From: a virus
Taxonomy: Duplodnaviria; Caudoviricetes
Length of the DNA stretch: 56,673 bases
Virus record (IMG/VR): IMGVR_UViG_3300036851_000348
Location: 1-56,673 of that record
Reading direction: 5' to 3' (one strand)
Shown: positions 36,001-45,004 of the stretch, piece by piece
How the letters are laid out: each line of letters starts with the position of its first letter
Numbering within the stretch: the stretch's first letter is position 1
Notes under the pieces: generated by a model
What the model was told of the DNA's origin: nothing
What the model saw: only the letters and a program-made list of their open reading frames with translations
Databases searched by the model: none
Translations under genes and position numbers: made by a program

Positions 36001-37020
36001 ATGTCGGAAGCAGCAGCGGAAGTCGCCACACAGCCGGCGGCGCGACGCAAGCGCAAGCAGCCACCCAGGGGATCGCCCGCCCCTCCGGGGCCGCCGGTCT
36101 CGCTTCCCTCGGCCCCGGCCATTGCGCGCCCGCGGAAGCAGATCGCCATCCTCGGCACCACGCCGTCGCGCCTGCTCGCGCCGATCAACGATCTGTCGTG
36201 GCCAATCTGGACGATCGGACCGGGAGGGAAGGACGCTCACCGCTGGGACCGGCTGTACGAGGTTCATCATGTCTGGCCCGAGAATTTCGCCGGCTACCTC
36301 AACGACCTGTCTCAGGTGAAGCCGCCGCAGCAGGTGGTGACCTTGCGGCCTGCTCGGGAGCTTATCGCCAAGTGGCGCCTCGTCCACGGCGACACCGAGG
36401 AGACGCGGAAGGTCACCGGCGATTGGGCCGCCAATGTCGTCTACCCGCGCGACTACATGCGCGAGAAATGGCACCGGGATTTGTGGTTCGGCTCGTCGAT
36501 CAACTACGCCATCGCGCAAGCGATCGAAGAGATGGAGGGCTTCGACGGCCCGAAGGACCTCGGGCTCTTCGGCATCGATCTGGAAAGTGGCGAGGAGTAC
36601 GTCTCGCAGTTCATTTCGTGCGCTCACATGCTCGACCACGCCCGCATGCGCGGCATCAACTTGGTCATGCCGACCGGGTGCGGGCTTCTCCGGGATCTCC
36701 GCCCCTACCCGGAGAGGTATGAAACCAACTTCGCCCTCTGCACCGAAAAGAAAGGCCAGTGGCTCGGCCAGTCCTTGGGCCAGCTGGAGCAGCAGTTCGA
36801 GAACGTGAAGGCGGAGCTGCACCGCATCGAAGGACGGCTGGAGATTCTCCGCAAGGTCACGCCGCTCCCGGCCGACGACATCAAGAAGTTCGAAGAGCAG
36901 ATGATGCAGGGCAACATGCAGCTCGGGCAGCTCGCCGCCAACGTCAACCAGTTGAAGGGCGAGAAGTCGGCGACCGAGTACTACCGCCGGCAATACGTGT
37001 TCGCGCCGAACGATCCGTAG
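36001..37020 (+). CDS. Putative glycosyltransferase (GT29/Maf-like Rossmann fold) with coiled-coil tail
   Basis: IAILG..PS ... SS..YAIA.AI ... LGLFGIDL resembles sialylmotif/Maf-type folds; tentative. Confidence 0.45.
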   Translation: MSEAAAEVATQPAARRKRKQPPRGSPAPPGPPVSLPSAPAIARPRKQIAILGTTPSRLLAPINDLSWPIWTIGPGGKDAHRWDRLYEVHHVWPENFAGYLNDLSQVKPPQQVVTLRPARELIAKWRLVHGDTEETRKVTGDWAANVVYPRDYMREKWHRDLWFGSSINYAIAQAIEEMEGFDGPKDLGLFGIDLESGEEYVSQFISCAHMLDHARMRGINLVMPTGCGLLRDLRPYPERYETNFALCTEKKGQWLGQSLGQLEQQFENVKAELHRIEGRLEILRKVTPLPADDIKKFEEQMMQGNMQLGQLAANVNQLKGEKSATEYYRRQYVFAPNDP

Positions 37021-37248
37021 AAGATGAAAGAAGTCATCGCGCTCAACGGCCGCTGGTTCGACGTGTGCCGCACGGCGTGGCCGCAGCCGGATACGGCTGA
37101 ACGCCTGTTCGGCGCGTCGCTCTGCATGCGGGATGCGTGCGCGGTCCCGGAAGCCCGGTGCAAGTGGGGCGCGCCGGAGGAAGTTTGCTACACGGAACGC
37201 GGCTTCACGGTCTACCGCGTCGCCTGGCCGGTACTTCGCCGCTAAATC

Positions 37249-38823
37249 GTGTCCAACGCGTTCCTCGAGGAGATCGCCGCCCAGTGGGCGACGTTCCCGG
37301 CTGACCTCAAGGCCTCGACCGCGAAGTATGCGAGCGCGATCACCGCCGGGCGCCGCTGGGTGCCCAACGCCGGGCCGCAGTTCGACGCGTACTTCTCGAA
37401 AGCGGATGAACTGTTCTATGGCGGGCAGGCGGGAGGCGGCAAAACCGACCTCCTGATCGGGCTCGCGCTGACCGCGCACATCCGCAGCCTCGTCTTGCGA
37501 CGGACGAACAAGGAGGCCGACAAACTGGTCGAGCGCTTCGCCGAGATCATCGGCGACCGCTACGGCTGGAACGGCCAGGAGGATGTCTGGCGCATCGACG
37601 GCCGCGTCATCGACATCGGCGGCTGCCAGCTTGAAAACGACAAACAGAAAAGAAAAGGCATCCCTCATGATCTGAAATGTTTTGATGAAATCACGGATTT
37701 CAGCGAAACCCAGTACGTCTTCATCAAAACGTGGTGCCGCTCGACCATCCCGGGGCAACGATCGCGCGTCGTAGTGACCGGGAATCCTCCGACGCGTCCC
37801 GAGGGCCTCTGGGTATTGAAGCGCTGGGGCGCGTGGCTGGACCCGAAACACCCGAAGCCGGCGAAGCCGGGCGAGCTCCGCTGGTACACGACCATCGACG
37901 GCAAGGACACCGAGGTCGACGGCCCGGGCCCGCACGACATCGGCGAGAAGACCCCGGTGATCGCGCTGTCGCGCACCTTCATCCCGGCGAAATTGTCGGA
38001 CAACCCGGACCTCGAAGAGACCGGCTACGACTCGGTGCTCGCTTCTCTCCCCGAGGAACTCCGCGCCGCCTACCGCGAAGGAAGATTCGACCTCAGCCTC
38101 CGCGACGACCCGTGGCAGTTGATTCCGACGGCCTGGGTGCAGGCGGCGATGGACCGCTGGACGCCGGAGCCGCCGAAGCACTGCCCGCAGTGCGCGATCG
38201 GCGTCGACGTGGCGCGCGGCGGAAGCGCGCAGACGACCTTGGCGCCACGCTATGACGCATGGTTCGCGCCGCTGATCGCGGTGCCTGGAGCCAAGACCCC
38301 GTTGGGAACCGATGTCGCCGGTCTCGTGGTCGCCAACCGGCGCAACAACGCCACCATCGTCATCGACATGGGCGGCGGCTGGGGCGGGGCGCCCTACGAG
38401 CACTTGAAGGCCAACAACATCGAGGTCGTCGGCTACAACGGCGCCGAGGCGACGCCGGTGCGAACCAAGGACGGCAAGCTCGGCTTCACCAACAAGCGCG
38501 CCGCCGACCACTGGAAGCTGCGCGAAGCGCTCGACCCGAGCCAGGACGGCGGCTCGCCCGTGTGTCTGCCGCCCGACCCGGAACTCATGGCCGACCTGAC
38601 CGCGCTCACCTTCGAGCATGGCCCGCGGGGCATCAAGGTCGAGGCCAAGGAAGCGATAACCGAGCGCATCGGGCGCAGTCCCGACAAGGGCGACGCGGTG
38701 GTGATGGCGTGGTCGGCCGGCCCCAAGGTCGCGACCCACGGCGAAATGTGGCGGAAGGCGATCAAGACGCAGCACCGGCCCGAAGTGAATAGAGGACATG
38801 AATCTCAGCGACGAAACCGCTAA
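37249..38823 (+). CDS. terL: Terminase large subunit
   Basis: Walker A YGGQAGGGKT, Walker B FDE, TGNP motif, IPAKL.DNP, RNase H-like GVDVARGG ... SPDKGDA. Confidence 0.93.
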   Translation: MSNAFLEEIAAQWATFPADLKASTAKYASAITAGRRWVPNAGPQFDAYFSKADELFYGGQAGGGKTDLLIGLALTAHIRSLVLRRTNKEADKLVERFAEIIGDRYGWNGQEDVWRIDGRVIDIGGCQLENDKQKRKGIPHDLKCFDEITDFSETQYVFIKTWCRSTIPGQRSRVVVTGNPPTRPEGLWVLKRWGAWLDPKHPKPAKPGELRWYTTIDGKDTEVDGPGPHDIGEKTPVIALSRTFIPAKLSDNPDLEETGYDSVLASLPEELRAAYREGRFDLSLRDDPWQLIPTAWVQAAMDRWTPEPPKHCPQCAIGVDVARGGSAQTTLAPRYDAWFAPLIAVPGAKTPLGTDVAGLVVANRRNNATIVIDMGGGWGGAPYEHLKANNIEVVGYNGAEATPVRTKDGKLGFTNKRAADHWKLREALDPSQDGGSPVCLPPDPELMADLTALTFEHGPRGIKVEAKEAITERIGRSPDKGDAVVMAWSAGPKVATHGEMWRKAIKTQHRPEVNRGHESQRRNR

Positions 38824-39455
38824 CGGCGCGGCGTCGTCAAGGTGCGCTCCAAACTCCATCCCGCATTGAGGCGCCGACAGAGCGCGGACGGAGTGACGCC
38901 CAGCTTGGCGGCCCAGTACTGAAACGTCCCGCACTCGCCCTTGTAGACGAGAGCGCCTTTGCTTCGCTGCATGTTGGAATTCTGCTGCGACAGCGTGGCC
39001 CATCGGCAGTTGCCCGGCTCGTAGTTGCCGTCGTTGTCGATACGGTCGATCGAGTGCTGAGGCGAGGGCTTGCGGCCCATGTCGGCGATGAAGTTTGCGA
39101 AGGACGCGCGCCAACGGGCGCAGACCCTGATGCCACGTCCGCCGTATTTTCTGTAGGAGGGGTTTTTGGTGTTGTGGCAACGCTGGTTCATGCCGTCCCA
39201 ACTGTTGTACTCGGAACTGCGGGTTCCGCGGCCGGTATGACCGTGAACAAGCGATCGTTCCGCCGACAGTTCGTCCTTCAGGCAGCCGCACGATTTGGTT
39301 CGGCCGCTGCGCAGTGAATAGCTCCAAACCAACGCTGTGTTGCCGCACTCGCACCGGCAGAGCCACTTGGCTTTGTAGCCGTGCACCTCGCCGATTCTGA
39401 TGACCGTCAAACGACCTGAGCGCAGTCCGACAAGCGACTGGCGACGCGTTCCCAT
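38820..39455 (-). CDS. Free-standing HNH homing endonuclease, antisense
   Basis: W.CRCECG..KSCGC..W..M..RC.N..YGGRGI.VC.RW..F.NF.ADMG..SIDRIDNDGNYEPGNCRWAT. Confidence 0.85.
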   Translation of the reverse strand: MGTRRQSLVGLRSGRLTVIRIGEVHGYKAKWLCRCECGNTALVWSYSLRSGRTKSCGCLKDELSAERSLVHGHTGRGTRSSEYNSWDGMNQRCHNTKNPSYRKYGGRGIRVCARWRASFANFIADMGRKPSPQHSIDRIDNDGNYEPGNCRWATLSQQNSNMQRSKGALVYKGECGTFQYWAAKLGVTPSALCRRLNAGWSLERTLTTPRR

Positions 39456-39519
39456 GACATTCTCCGGCTGTTTAAGCCAATTGTAACCGATAACCGAGGC
39501 GCAAGGTAGTAGTTTGAAC

Positions 39520-39873
39520 ATGCGCGCTTTGGTGGTTTTTTGCGATCCGCCCGACGCGCGCTTCCAATGGCTGTTGAAGCCGGGCTTCCGGCATGTGTTC
39601 TGCGCCGTCGCCGACGGCGACTACTGGGTCCGGCTCGACGCCGCCACCGGCAAGGCCATCGTCAACGTCACGGCGGATGCGCGCTTCGACCTCGCGGCGC
39701 ACTACCGCAATGAAGGCTGGACCGTGGTCGAGACGGTCCAGAACGCGAACCGCCTCCGAACCCCGTTCGTCACGCTCAACTGCGTCGGCTGGGTCAAGGC
39801 CGTCTTGAACATCCGCGCGCCGCTCGCGTTCACGCCGCATCAGTTGTTCCTGCACCTCCTGAAGGACTCGTAG
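39520..39873 (+). CDS. Hypothetical protein, possible permuted papain-like fold
   Basis: FRHVF ... NCV..VK..L....TP.QL His-before-Cys arrangement. Confidence 0.45.
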   Translation: MRALVVFCDPPDARFQWLLKPGFRHVFCAVADGDYWVRLDAATGKAIVNVTADARFDLAAHYRNEGWTVVETVQNANRLRTPFVTLNCVGWVKAVLNIRAPLAFTPHQLFLHLLKDS

Positions 39874-39875
39874 TC

Positions 39876-40112
39876 ATGTCGCGTTCGATCCTGAAGCTCA
39901 AGTTCGGGCTGCCCGGCTTCGGCGGCCCGAGCGTCCCGCCTCCTCCTCCCCCGCCGCCTCCTCCGCCACCGCCCGCCCCCATGCCGGACCCGGAGAACCC
40001 GCAGCTTCTCGCCCAGAAGCGCCGGAAAGTCGCGGCCGAGGTCCAGCGATCGGGCCGCGCCTCGACGATTCTCTCCGACGCCGGACTCGGCGGCGAGAAA
40101 CTCGGCGGATAG
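39876..40112 (+). CDS. Small pre-portal virion protein with poly-Pro tract
   Basis: P-run plus R.GR.STIL....LG motif typical of the podovirus gene preceding the portal. Confidence 0.65.
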   Translation: MSRSILKLKFGLPGFGGPSVPPPPPPPPPPPPPAPMPDPENPQLLAQKRRKVAAEVQRSGRASTILSDAGLGGEKLGG

Positions 40113-40121
40113 GACGCCCCG

Positions 40122-41825
40122 GTGGACGACAGAATCCGGAAGCTCATCGAGCAGGGCGACCGCCTGTTCGCCGACCGCAGCGGCTTGATGAGCTTGTGGC
40201 AAGAGATCTGCGAGAATTTCTACGTCGAGTACGCCGAGTTCACCGCCACCCGCAACGTCGGCGAGGACTTCGCGGCGCACCTCTCGGACTCCTATCCGAT
40301 GATCGCGCGCCGCACGTTGGGGAACGCTATCGGCGCCATGCTCCGCCCCGCCAATCTCGACACCACCGCGCCCGGCGTCTGGTTCAACATCAAGCGCCGC
40401 GATGCCGAGGACGACGGGAACAACTCGATCCGGGCCGCGCTCGAATGGATGACCGGCACGATGCGCCGCGCCATGTACGATCCGAAGTCCGGGTTCACGC
40501 GGGCGACCAAGGAAGGCGACCACGCGTTCGCGGCGATCGGCCAATGCGTGATTTCGATAGAGCTTGCGCGCGCCCGGAACCGCCTCCTCTACCGCTCGCA
40601 CCATGTGAAGGACGTGACCTGGTGCAAGAATGCCGAAGGCGTCATCGACACCTATCACCGCAACTGGAAGCCGACGGCGCATCAACTCGTCCAGACGTTC
40701 CGCGGCAAGGCGAGCCCCAAGGTCGAGGAGCTGATACGGCAGAACCGGGGCTATGACCTGATCGAGTGCCGCCATGCGGTGATTCCTTCGGACCAGTACG
40801 AGACCCGCCAGCAAGACGGCCGGAAGTGGGGCACGCCCTACGTCTCGATCTGGATCGACAAGACCCACGACGGGCATGTGATGGAGGAGGTCGGCAGTCA
40901 TTCGCCGATCTACCTGACGCCCCGCTTCATGACGCAGAGCGCGAGCCAGTACGGCTATTCGCCCGCCGCCGTGATCGCGCTCCCCGATGCGCGGCTCATC
41001 CAGGCCATGAGCCTCTCGATCATGGAGGCCGGCGAGAAGATGGCCGACCCGCCGATGGTGGGGACCGAGGACGCGATCAAGTCGGCGATCAATTCCTACG
41101 CCGGCGGCTGGACCTGGGTCGACCGCGAGTATGACGAGCGGATCGGCGCCGCCGCGCGGCCGCTCTACGAGATGGACAACGGCGCCGGCATGAACGCCGC
41201 GCTCGCGATGCGGGCCGACGTGCGCGCCATGATCGACAAGGCGTTCTTCCTCGACAGCCTGAGCCTGCCGCCCGCTTCGGTCGCCGGCGACAAGATGACG
41301 GCGTTCGAGGTCGGCGAACGGATCTCCGAGTGGCTCCGCCGCGCCATGCCGATCTTCGAGCCGGTCGAGTTCGACTACAACGGCGGCCTGTGCGAGATGT
41401 CGTTCGACCTGATGCTGCGGAACGGCTTCTTCGGCAACCCGCGCGATCTGCCCGACGAATTGAAGGGCGCCGACCTGCAGTTCAAGTTCGAAAGCCCGCT
41501 CCACGAATCGGCCGATAGGCGGAAAGGCCAGAAGTTCCTCGAATCCCGGGCGCTGCTCGAGCAGGCACTGACGCTCGACCCGGGAGCGCAGAACATCCTC
41601 GACGTCCGGATCGCGCTCAGGGACGCGCTGCAAGGCGTCGGCGTCCCGGCCCGATGGACGCGGGACGACAGGCAAGTAGAGGCCCTGGAGCAGGAACAGG
41701 CGAAGCAGCAGGCGCTGGCGGCGACCCTGGCGGGAGCGGAACAAGCGGCGGCGGCGGCGTCCGACCTCGGCAGCGCGGCCAAGTCGTTCGCCGATGCGCG
41801 GGCGACGGCGCAGCCGGGTCTGTAA
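40122..41825 (+). CDS. Portal (head-tail connector) protein
   Basis: 567 aa; W.EI.E.F, PRF.....YGYSPA..ALPD, MTAFEV.ER..E; follows TerL. Confidence 0.9.
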   Translation: MDDRIRKLIEQGDRLFADRSGLMSLWQEICENFYVEYAEFTATRNVGEDFAAHLSDSYPMIARRTLGNAIGAMLRPANLDTTAPGVWFNIKRRDAEDDGNNSIRAALEWMTGTMRRAMYDPKSGFTRATKEGDHAFAAIGQCVISIELARARNRLLYRSHHVKDVTWCKNAEGVIDTYHRNWKPTAHQLVQTFRGKASPKVEELIRQNRGYDLIECRHAVIPSDQYETRQQDGRKWGTPYVSIWIDKTHDGHVMEEVGSHSPIYLTPRFMTQSASQYGYSPAAVIALPDARLIQAMSLSIMEAGEKMADPPMVGTEDAIKSAINSYAGGWTWVDREYDERIGAAARPLYEMDNGAGMNAALAMRADVRAMIDKAFFLDSLSLPPASVAGDKMTAFEVGERISEWLRRAMPIFEPVEFDYNGGLCEMSFDLMLRNGFFGNPRDLPDELKGADLQFKFESPLHESADRRKGQKFLESRALLEQALTLDPGAQNILDVRIALRDALQGVGVPARWTRDDRQVEALEQEQAKQQALAATLAGAEQAAAAASDLGSAAKSFADARATAQPGL

Positions 41826-41841
41826 CACACCGTAACATTTC

Positions 41842-42186
41842 GTGACCGCGAAGAAGGCCCCGCCCGGCGCGAGCTGGACCCCGGCACCCTATGGCGACGC
41901 CGACGTCACCGCCGTCAAGGCGCTGGCGCGCGACCCAACGCACAAGCGCGCCCTCGACTGGATCATCCACCAGGCCGCCGCGACCTACGACCTTTCGTTC
42001 CGTCCGGGGACCGACGGCGAAAGGGAAACCGCGTTCGCCGAGGGCCGCCGCTTCGTCGGCCTGACCATCGTGAAACTCATCAACACGCCCGCCGAGCAAC
42101 TTTTGAGGAAAAAGTCCAATGCCCGACCCGGCACCCGCGACCCCAGCGCCGAACTCGCCAAACCCAACACCGACAGCGGCGGCTAA
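41842..42186 (+). CDS. Bbp19-like protein
   Basis: SF.PG...TAFAEGRRFVGL.I motif between the portal and scaffold genes. Confidence 0.7.
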   Translation: MTAKKAPPGASWTPAPYGDADVTAVKALARDPTHKRALDWIIHQAAATYDLSFRPGTDGERETAFAEGRRFVGLTIVKLINTPAEQLLRKKSNARPGTRDPSAELAKPNTDSGG

Positions 42187-43153
42187 CCCGACTCCGTCCC
42201 CCGCGCCCGCGCTGGCGCCGCCTGCGTCCGCTGCCGCGGGCACGCCGGCGTCTGCGGGGGGCGGAGCCCCGGGGAAACCGAACGGTTCGGGCGGCTCGCT
42301 AGCGCAAGCTGGGCTCGTCGACGACCCCGCCAACGATCCGCCGCCGGCGTTCGCCGACAACTGGCGCGACGTCATGAGCGGTGGCGACGCCAAGATTCGC
42401 GAATGGCTCAACCGCTTCGCCTCGCCCTACAACGTCACGAAGACGGCGCTCGAATCGCGGCGCAAGATCGGCTCCAACGAGTATCTCAAGGCCAAGCCCG
42501 AGGTCGACGCCACGACGCCCGAGGGGAAGGCCGCGCTCGAGGAGTGGCGCGCCAACGCCGGCATTCCGAAAGCGGCGGCCGACTATCTGCCCAAGGGCTA
42601 CGCGGTCGACGACGCGGCGCGGCCCGGAGTGGAGTCGTTCCTCGGTGCCATGCACGCCGCCGACGCGCACCCGGCGACCGTCCAAGCCGCCCTCAAGTGG
42701 CGCGACCAGTTCATTGCGGACGGACAAGCCGCCCAAGCCGAGGCCGACAAGGCGAGGCGGATCGAGGCCGAGGACAAGCTCCACGCCGAATGGGGGCCGG
42801 AGTTCCGGGGGAATTTGACCGGGGTGCGAACCCTGTTCGACACCCACGGCGAGGCGGGCCTGTGGGACAACATCACCCAAGCCCGCTATCCCGACGGGCG
42901 CAGAGTGGGCGACGACCCGGCGGCTCTGCGCTTCCTCGAATCGCTGTCGCGCGAGATCAACCCGCGGGGGACGATCGTTCCGAGCGGCGGCGCCGACATC
43001 GCGAAGACGATCGAGGCGGAGCTTGCGGCCTTGACCGCCGAGGCGGCGGATTCGAAAGGGCCTTATTGGCGCGGCCCGCAAGCCGAGGCCAAGCAGGCGA
43101 GGAAGCAGCAGCTTCTCGAATTGCAGCAGAAGCGGGCGGGGCGGGCGGCGTAA
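42119..43153 (+). CDS. Capsid scaffolding/assembly protein
   Basis: Pro/Ala-rich N-terminus, DNWR, GIPK...Y, L..EWG. Confidence 0.7.
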   Translation: MPDPAPATPAPNSPNPTPTAAANPTPSPAPALAPPASAAAGTPASAGGGAPGKPNGSGGSLAQAGLVDDPANDPPPAFADNWRDVMSGGDAKIREWLNRFASPYNVTKTALESRRKIGSNEYLKAKPEVDATTPEGKAALEEWRANAGIPKAAADYLPKGYAVDDAARPGVESFLGAMHAADAHPATVQAALKWRDQFIADGQAAQAEADKARRIEAEDKLHAEWGPEFRGNLTGVRTLFDTHGEAGLWDNITQARYPDGRRVGDDPAALRFLESLSREINPRGTIVPSGGADIAKTIEAELAALTAEAADSKGPYWRGPQAEAKQARKQQLLELQQKRAGRAA

Positions 43154-44071
43154 ATGCGCGACATCGCGCAAAACGTCGTCATCCAGATCGAGGTGACGAA
43201 TGCCTGCCATCTTTCGTGCCAAGGCTGCACCCGACACGTCGGCCATCACCGGAAGCCGTTCTTCATGGACCTGGAGACGATCAAGCGGGCGATCGACAGC
43301 CTCGACGGCTGGGGCGGGCGCATCGGCTGCATGGGCGGCGAGCCGACCTTGCATCCCGAGTTCGAGCAGATATGCCGCATCTTCCAGGACATGGTGCCGA
43401 TCGAGCGGCGCGAATTCTGGACGGCTGGTTTCCGCTGGGGCAATCTCAAGCCGCTCATCGATGAGACGTTCCCACTTCGGCACTATAACGACCACGTCGC
43501 CTACGACGGCATGCACAAGCCGCTGCTGATCGCGATCGACGAAGTCGTCGACGACCCGGAGTTCAGGCGCGAGCTGATCGACAATTGCCCCTATCAGACG
43601 CACTGGTCGGCCTCGATCACGCCCAAGGGCTGCTTCCCGTGCGAGATCGCCGCATCGATGGACTGGCTCTTCGACGGTCCGGGCGGCTGGCCGATCGAAC
43701 GCGGCTGGTGGCAGAAAACGGTTGCGGATTATGACTGGATGATAGAGCGCTACTGCGGCAAATGCTCAGGCGCGCTCCCCATGCCAGCGCGCTCCGACGG
43801 CCGCGGCGGTAGAGACGGTGCGACGATGGACCTCGTTTCACCGGGCAACGTCGAGCGGCTCCGCGCAATCGGCAGCAAGAAGATTGCCCGCGGCCACTAC
43901 GAAGTGTTCGAAGGCAAGATCACCCGCGAGGACATCGCGAAGCACACGCACCTGAATCCGCGCGAGTACAGAAAATTTATCGCGCATAGCCCGGAAGATG
44001 TTGCGGCGGCGCTAGCATCGCGTACAATTGGCGTCGATGCTCACGCAGGCCAGACTGAAAGAGGTTCTTGA
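43154..44071 (+). CDS. Radical SAM protein with replaced C-terminus
   Basis: IEVTNACHLSCQGC; MGGEPTLHPEF; CP....W.ASITPKG.FPCE. Confidence 0.85.
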   Translation: MRDIAQNVVIQIEVTNACHLSCQGCTRHVGHHRKPFFMDLETIKRAIDSLDGWGGRIGCMGGEPTLHPEFEQICRIFQDMVPIERREFWTAGFRWGNLKPLIDETFPLRHYNDHVAYDGMHKPLLIAIDEVVDDPEFRRELIDNCPYQTHWSASITPKGCFPCEIAASMDWLFDGPGGWPIERGWWQKTVADYDWMIERYCGKCSGALPMPARSDGRGGRDGATMDLVSPGNVERLRAIGSKKIARGHYEVFEGKITREDIAKHTHLNPREYRKFIAHSPEDVAAALASRTIGVDAHAGQTERGS

Positions 44072-44528
44072 TTACGATCCAGCGTCGGGCGTGTTCCTCT
44101 GGCGCGTGAAAATCCGCAGCATCCGCCCCGGCCGCGTGGCCGGCGCGATTGCGAAAGGGTTCGGCTATCGCGTCATCACGGTCGATCAGACACGGCATTA
44201 CGCCCATCGGCTGGCGTGGCTCTACGTCCACGGCGAATGGCCGAACGGCGATCTCGATCACGAAAACCTCGACCGCGCCGACAACCGCATTGCAAACTTG
44301 CGCGAGGCGAGCGTCGCGCAAAACCGGGCGAACGCTCGCCCAAGCCGCAACAACAAGAGCGGCCTGAAGGGCGCGTACTTTGTGAAGGCGCGCGGGAAAT
44401 GGTGCGGCAGCATCTTCGTTGACGGAAAGACAAAAAACCTTGGCTATTTCGCGACCGCCGAGGAAGCCCATGCGGCCTATGCTGCCGCCGCCCGCAAACA
44501 CTTTGGCAAGTTCGCCCGAAACCGATGA
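44037..44528 (+). CDS. HNH-AP2 homing endonuclease
   Basis: LT..RL.E.L.YDP.SG.F.W; AHRLAWLYVHGEWP..DH.N....DNRI.NLR; AP2 LGYF.T.EEA..AY..AA...FG.FA. Confidence 0.9.
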   Translation: MLTQARLKEVLDYDPASGVFLWRVKIRSIRPGRVAGAIAKGFGYRVITVDQTRHYAHRLAWLYVHGEWPNGDLDHENLDRADNRIANLREASVAQNRANARPSRNNKSGLKGAYFVKARGKWCGSIFVDGKTKNLGYFATAEEAHAAYAAAARKHFGKFARNR

Positions 44529-44532
44529 CTGG

Positions 44533-44802
44533 TGCTCCGGCGCCCTTCCGATGCCATCCCGTAGCGATGGTCGTGGCGGACGCGACGGGCCGACTGTGGA
44601 TATGGTTTCCCCCGGAAATCTCGCCCGGCTCAAGGCCGTCGGGTCTCGCAAGGCTGTGGCAGGCCATGTCGAGGTACGGAGTAGACCTTTCGACCGCGAC
44701 GAGATCGCCGCCCATGCCGCCCGGAACCCGCGTCAGTTCCGCGACTTCGTCGCGCACGCGCCGGCCGACTACGGCAAGGAAGAATTAACCACCACCGACT
44801 AA
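44533..44802 (+). pseudogene. Displaced second copy of the radical SAM C-terminus
   Basis: CSGALPMPSRSDGRGGRDGPTVDMVSPGNLARL.. aligns with CSGALPMPARSDGRGGRDGATMDLVSPGNVERL.. starting at 43763. Confidence 0.85.
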
Positions 44803-45004
44803 TCTGACGCTTGCGGCACCTCGACAACTCCGTCCCCTGACGGACCCGAGACCCCGCACCAACCCGCCGATAGCGAAGCCCCGCTTCGGTGAGGAACGGC
44901 CCGGCCGGCCGCAACAGCAACAAGCAATTCGGCCGACAACCCCGACCTCCCGCGAGAGGACAACCAGAGCCTAGGCACGACCACTCCGTTGTGGAGTACG
45001 TGCT

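Noticed and set aside
35410-39366. 1318-aa minus-strand ORF and other long antisense ORFs
   Set aside because: These are shadow frames of GC-rich plus-strand genes such as terL; they have no recognisable motifs.
41848-41865. Possible self-target: tract-3 NN run GC AA AA GC CC CC matches codons A-K-K-A-P-P of the Bbp19-like gene
   Set aside because: Only 6 dinucleotides (12 nt) match and the flanking ones do not, so chance is plausible given the number of windows examined.
43763-44532. Group I intron in the radical SAM gene
   Set aside because: The upstream gene is already complete in frame and the downstream segment duplicates it rather than continuing it; I recognised no intron core.
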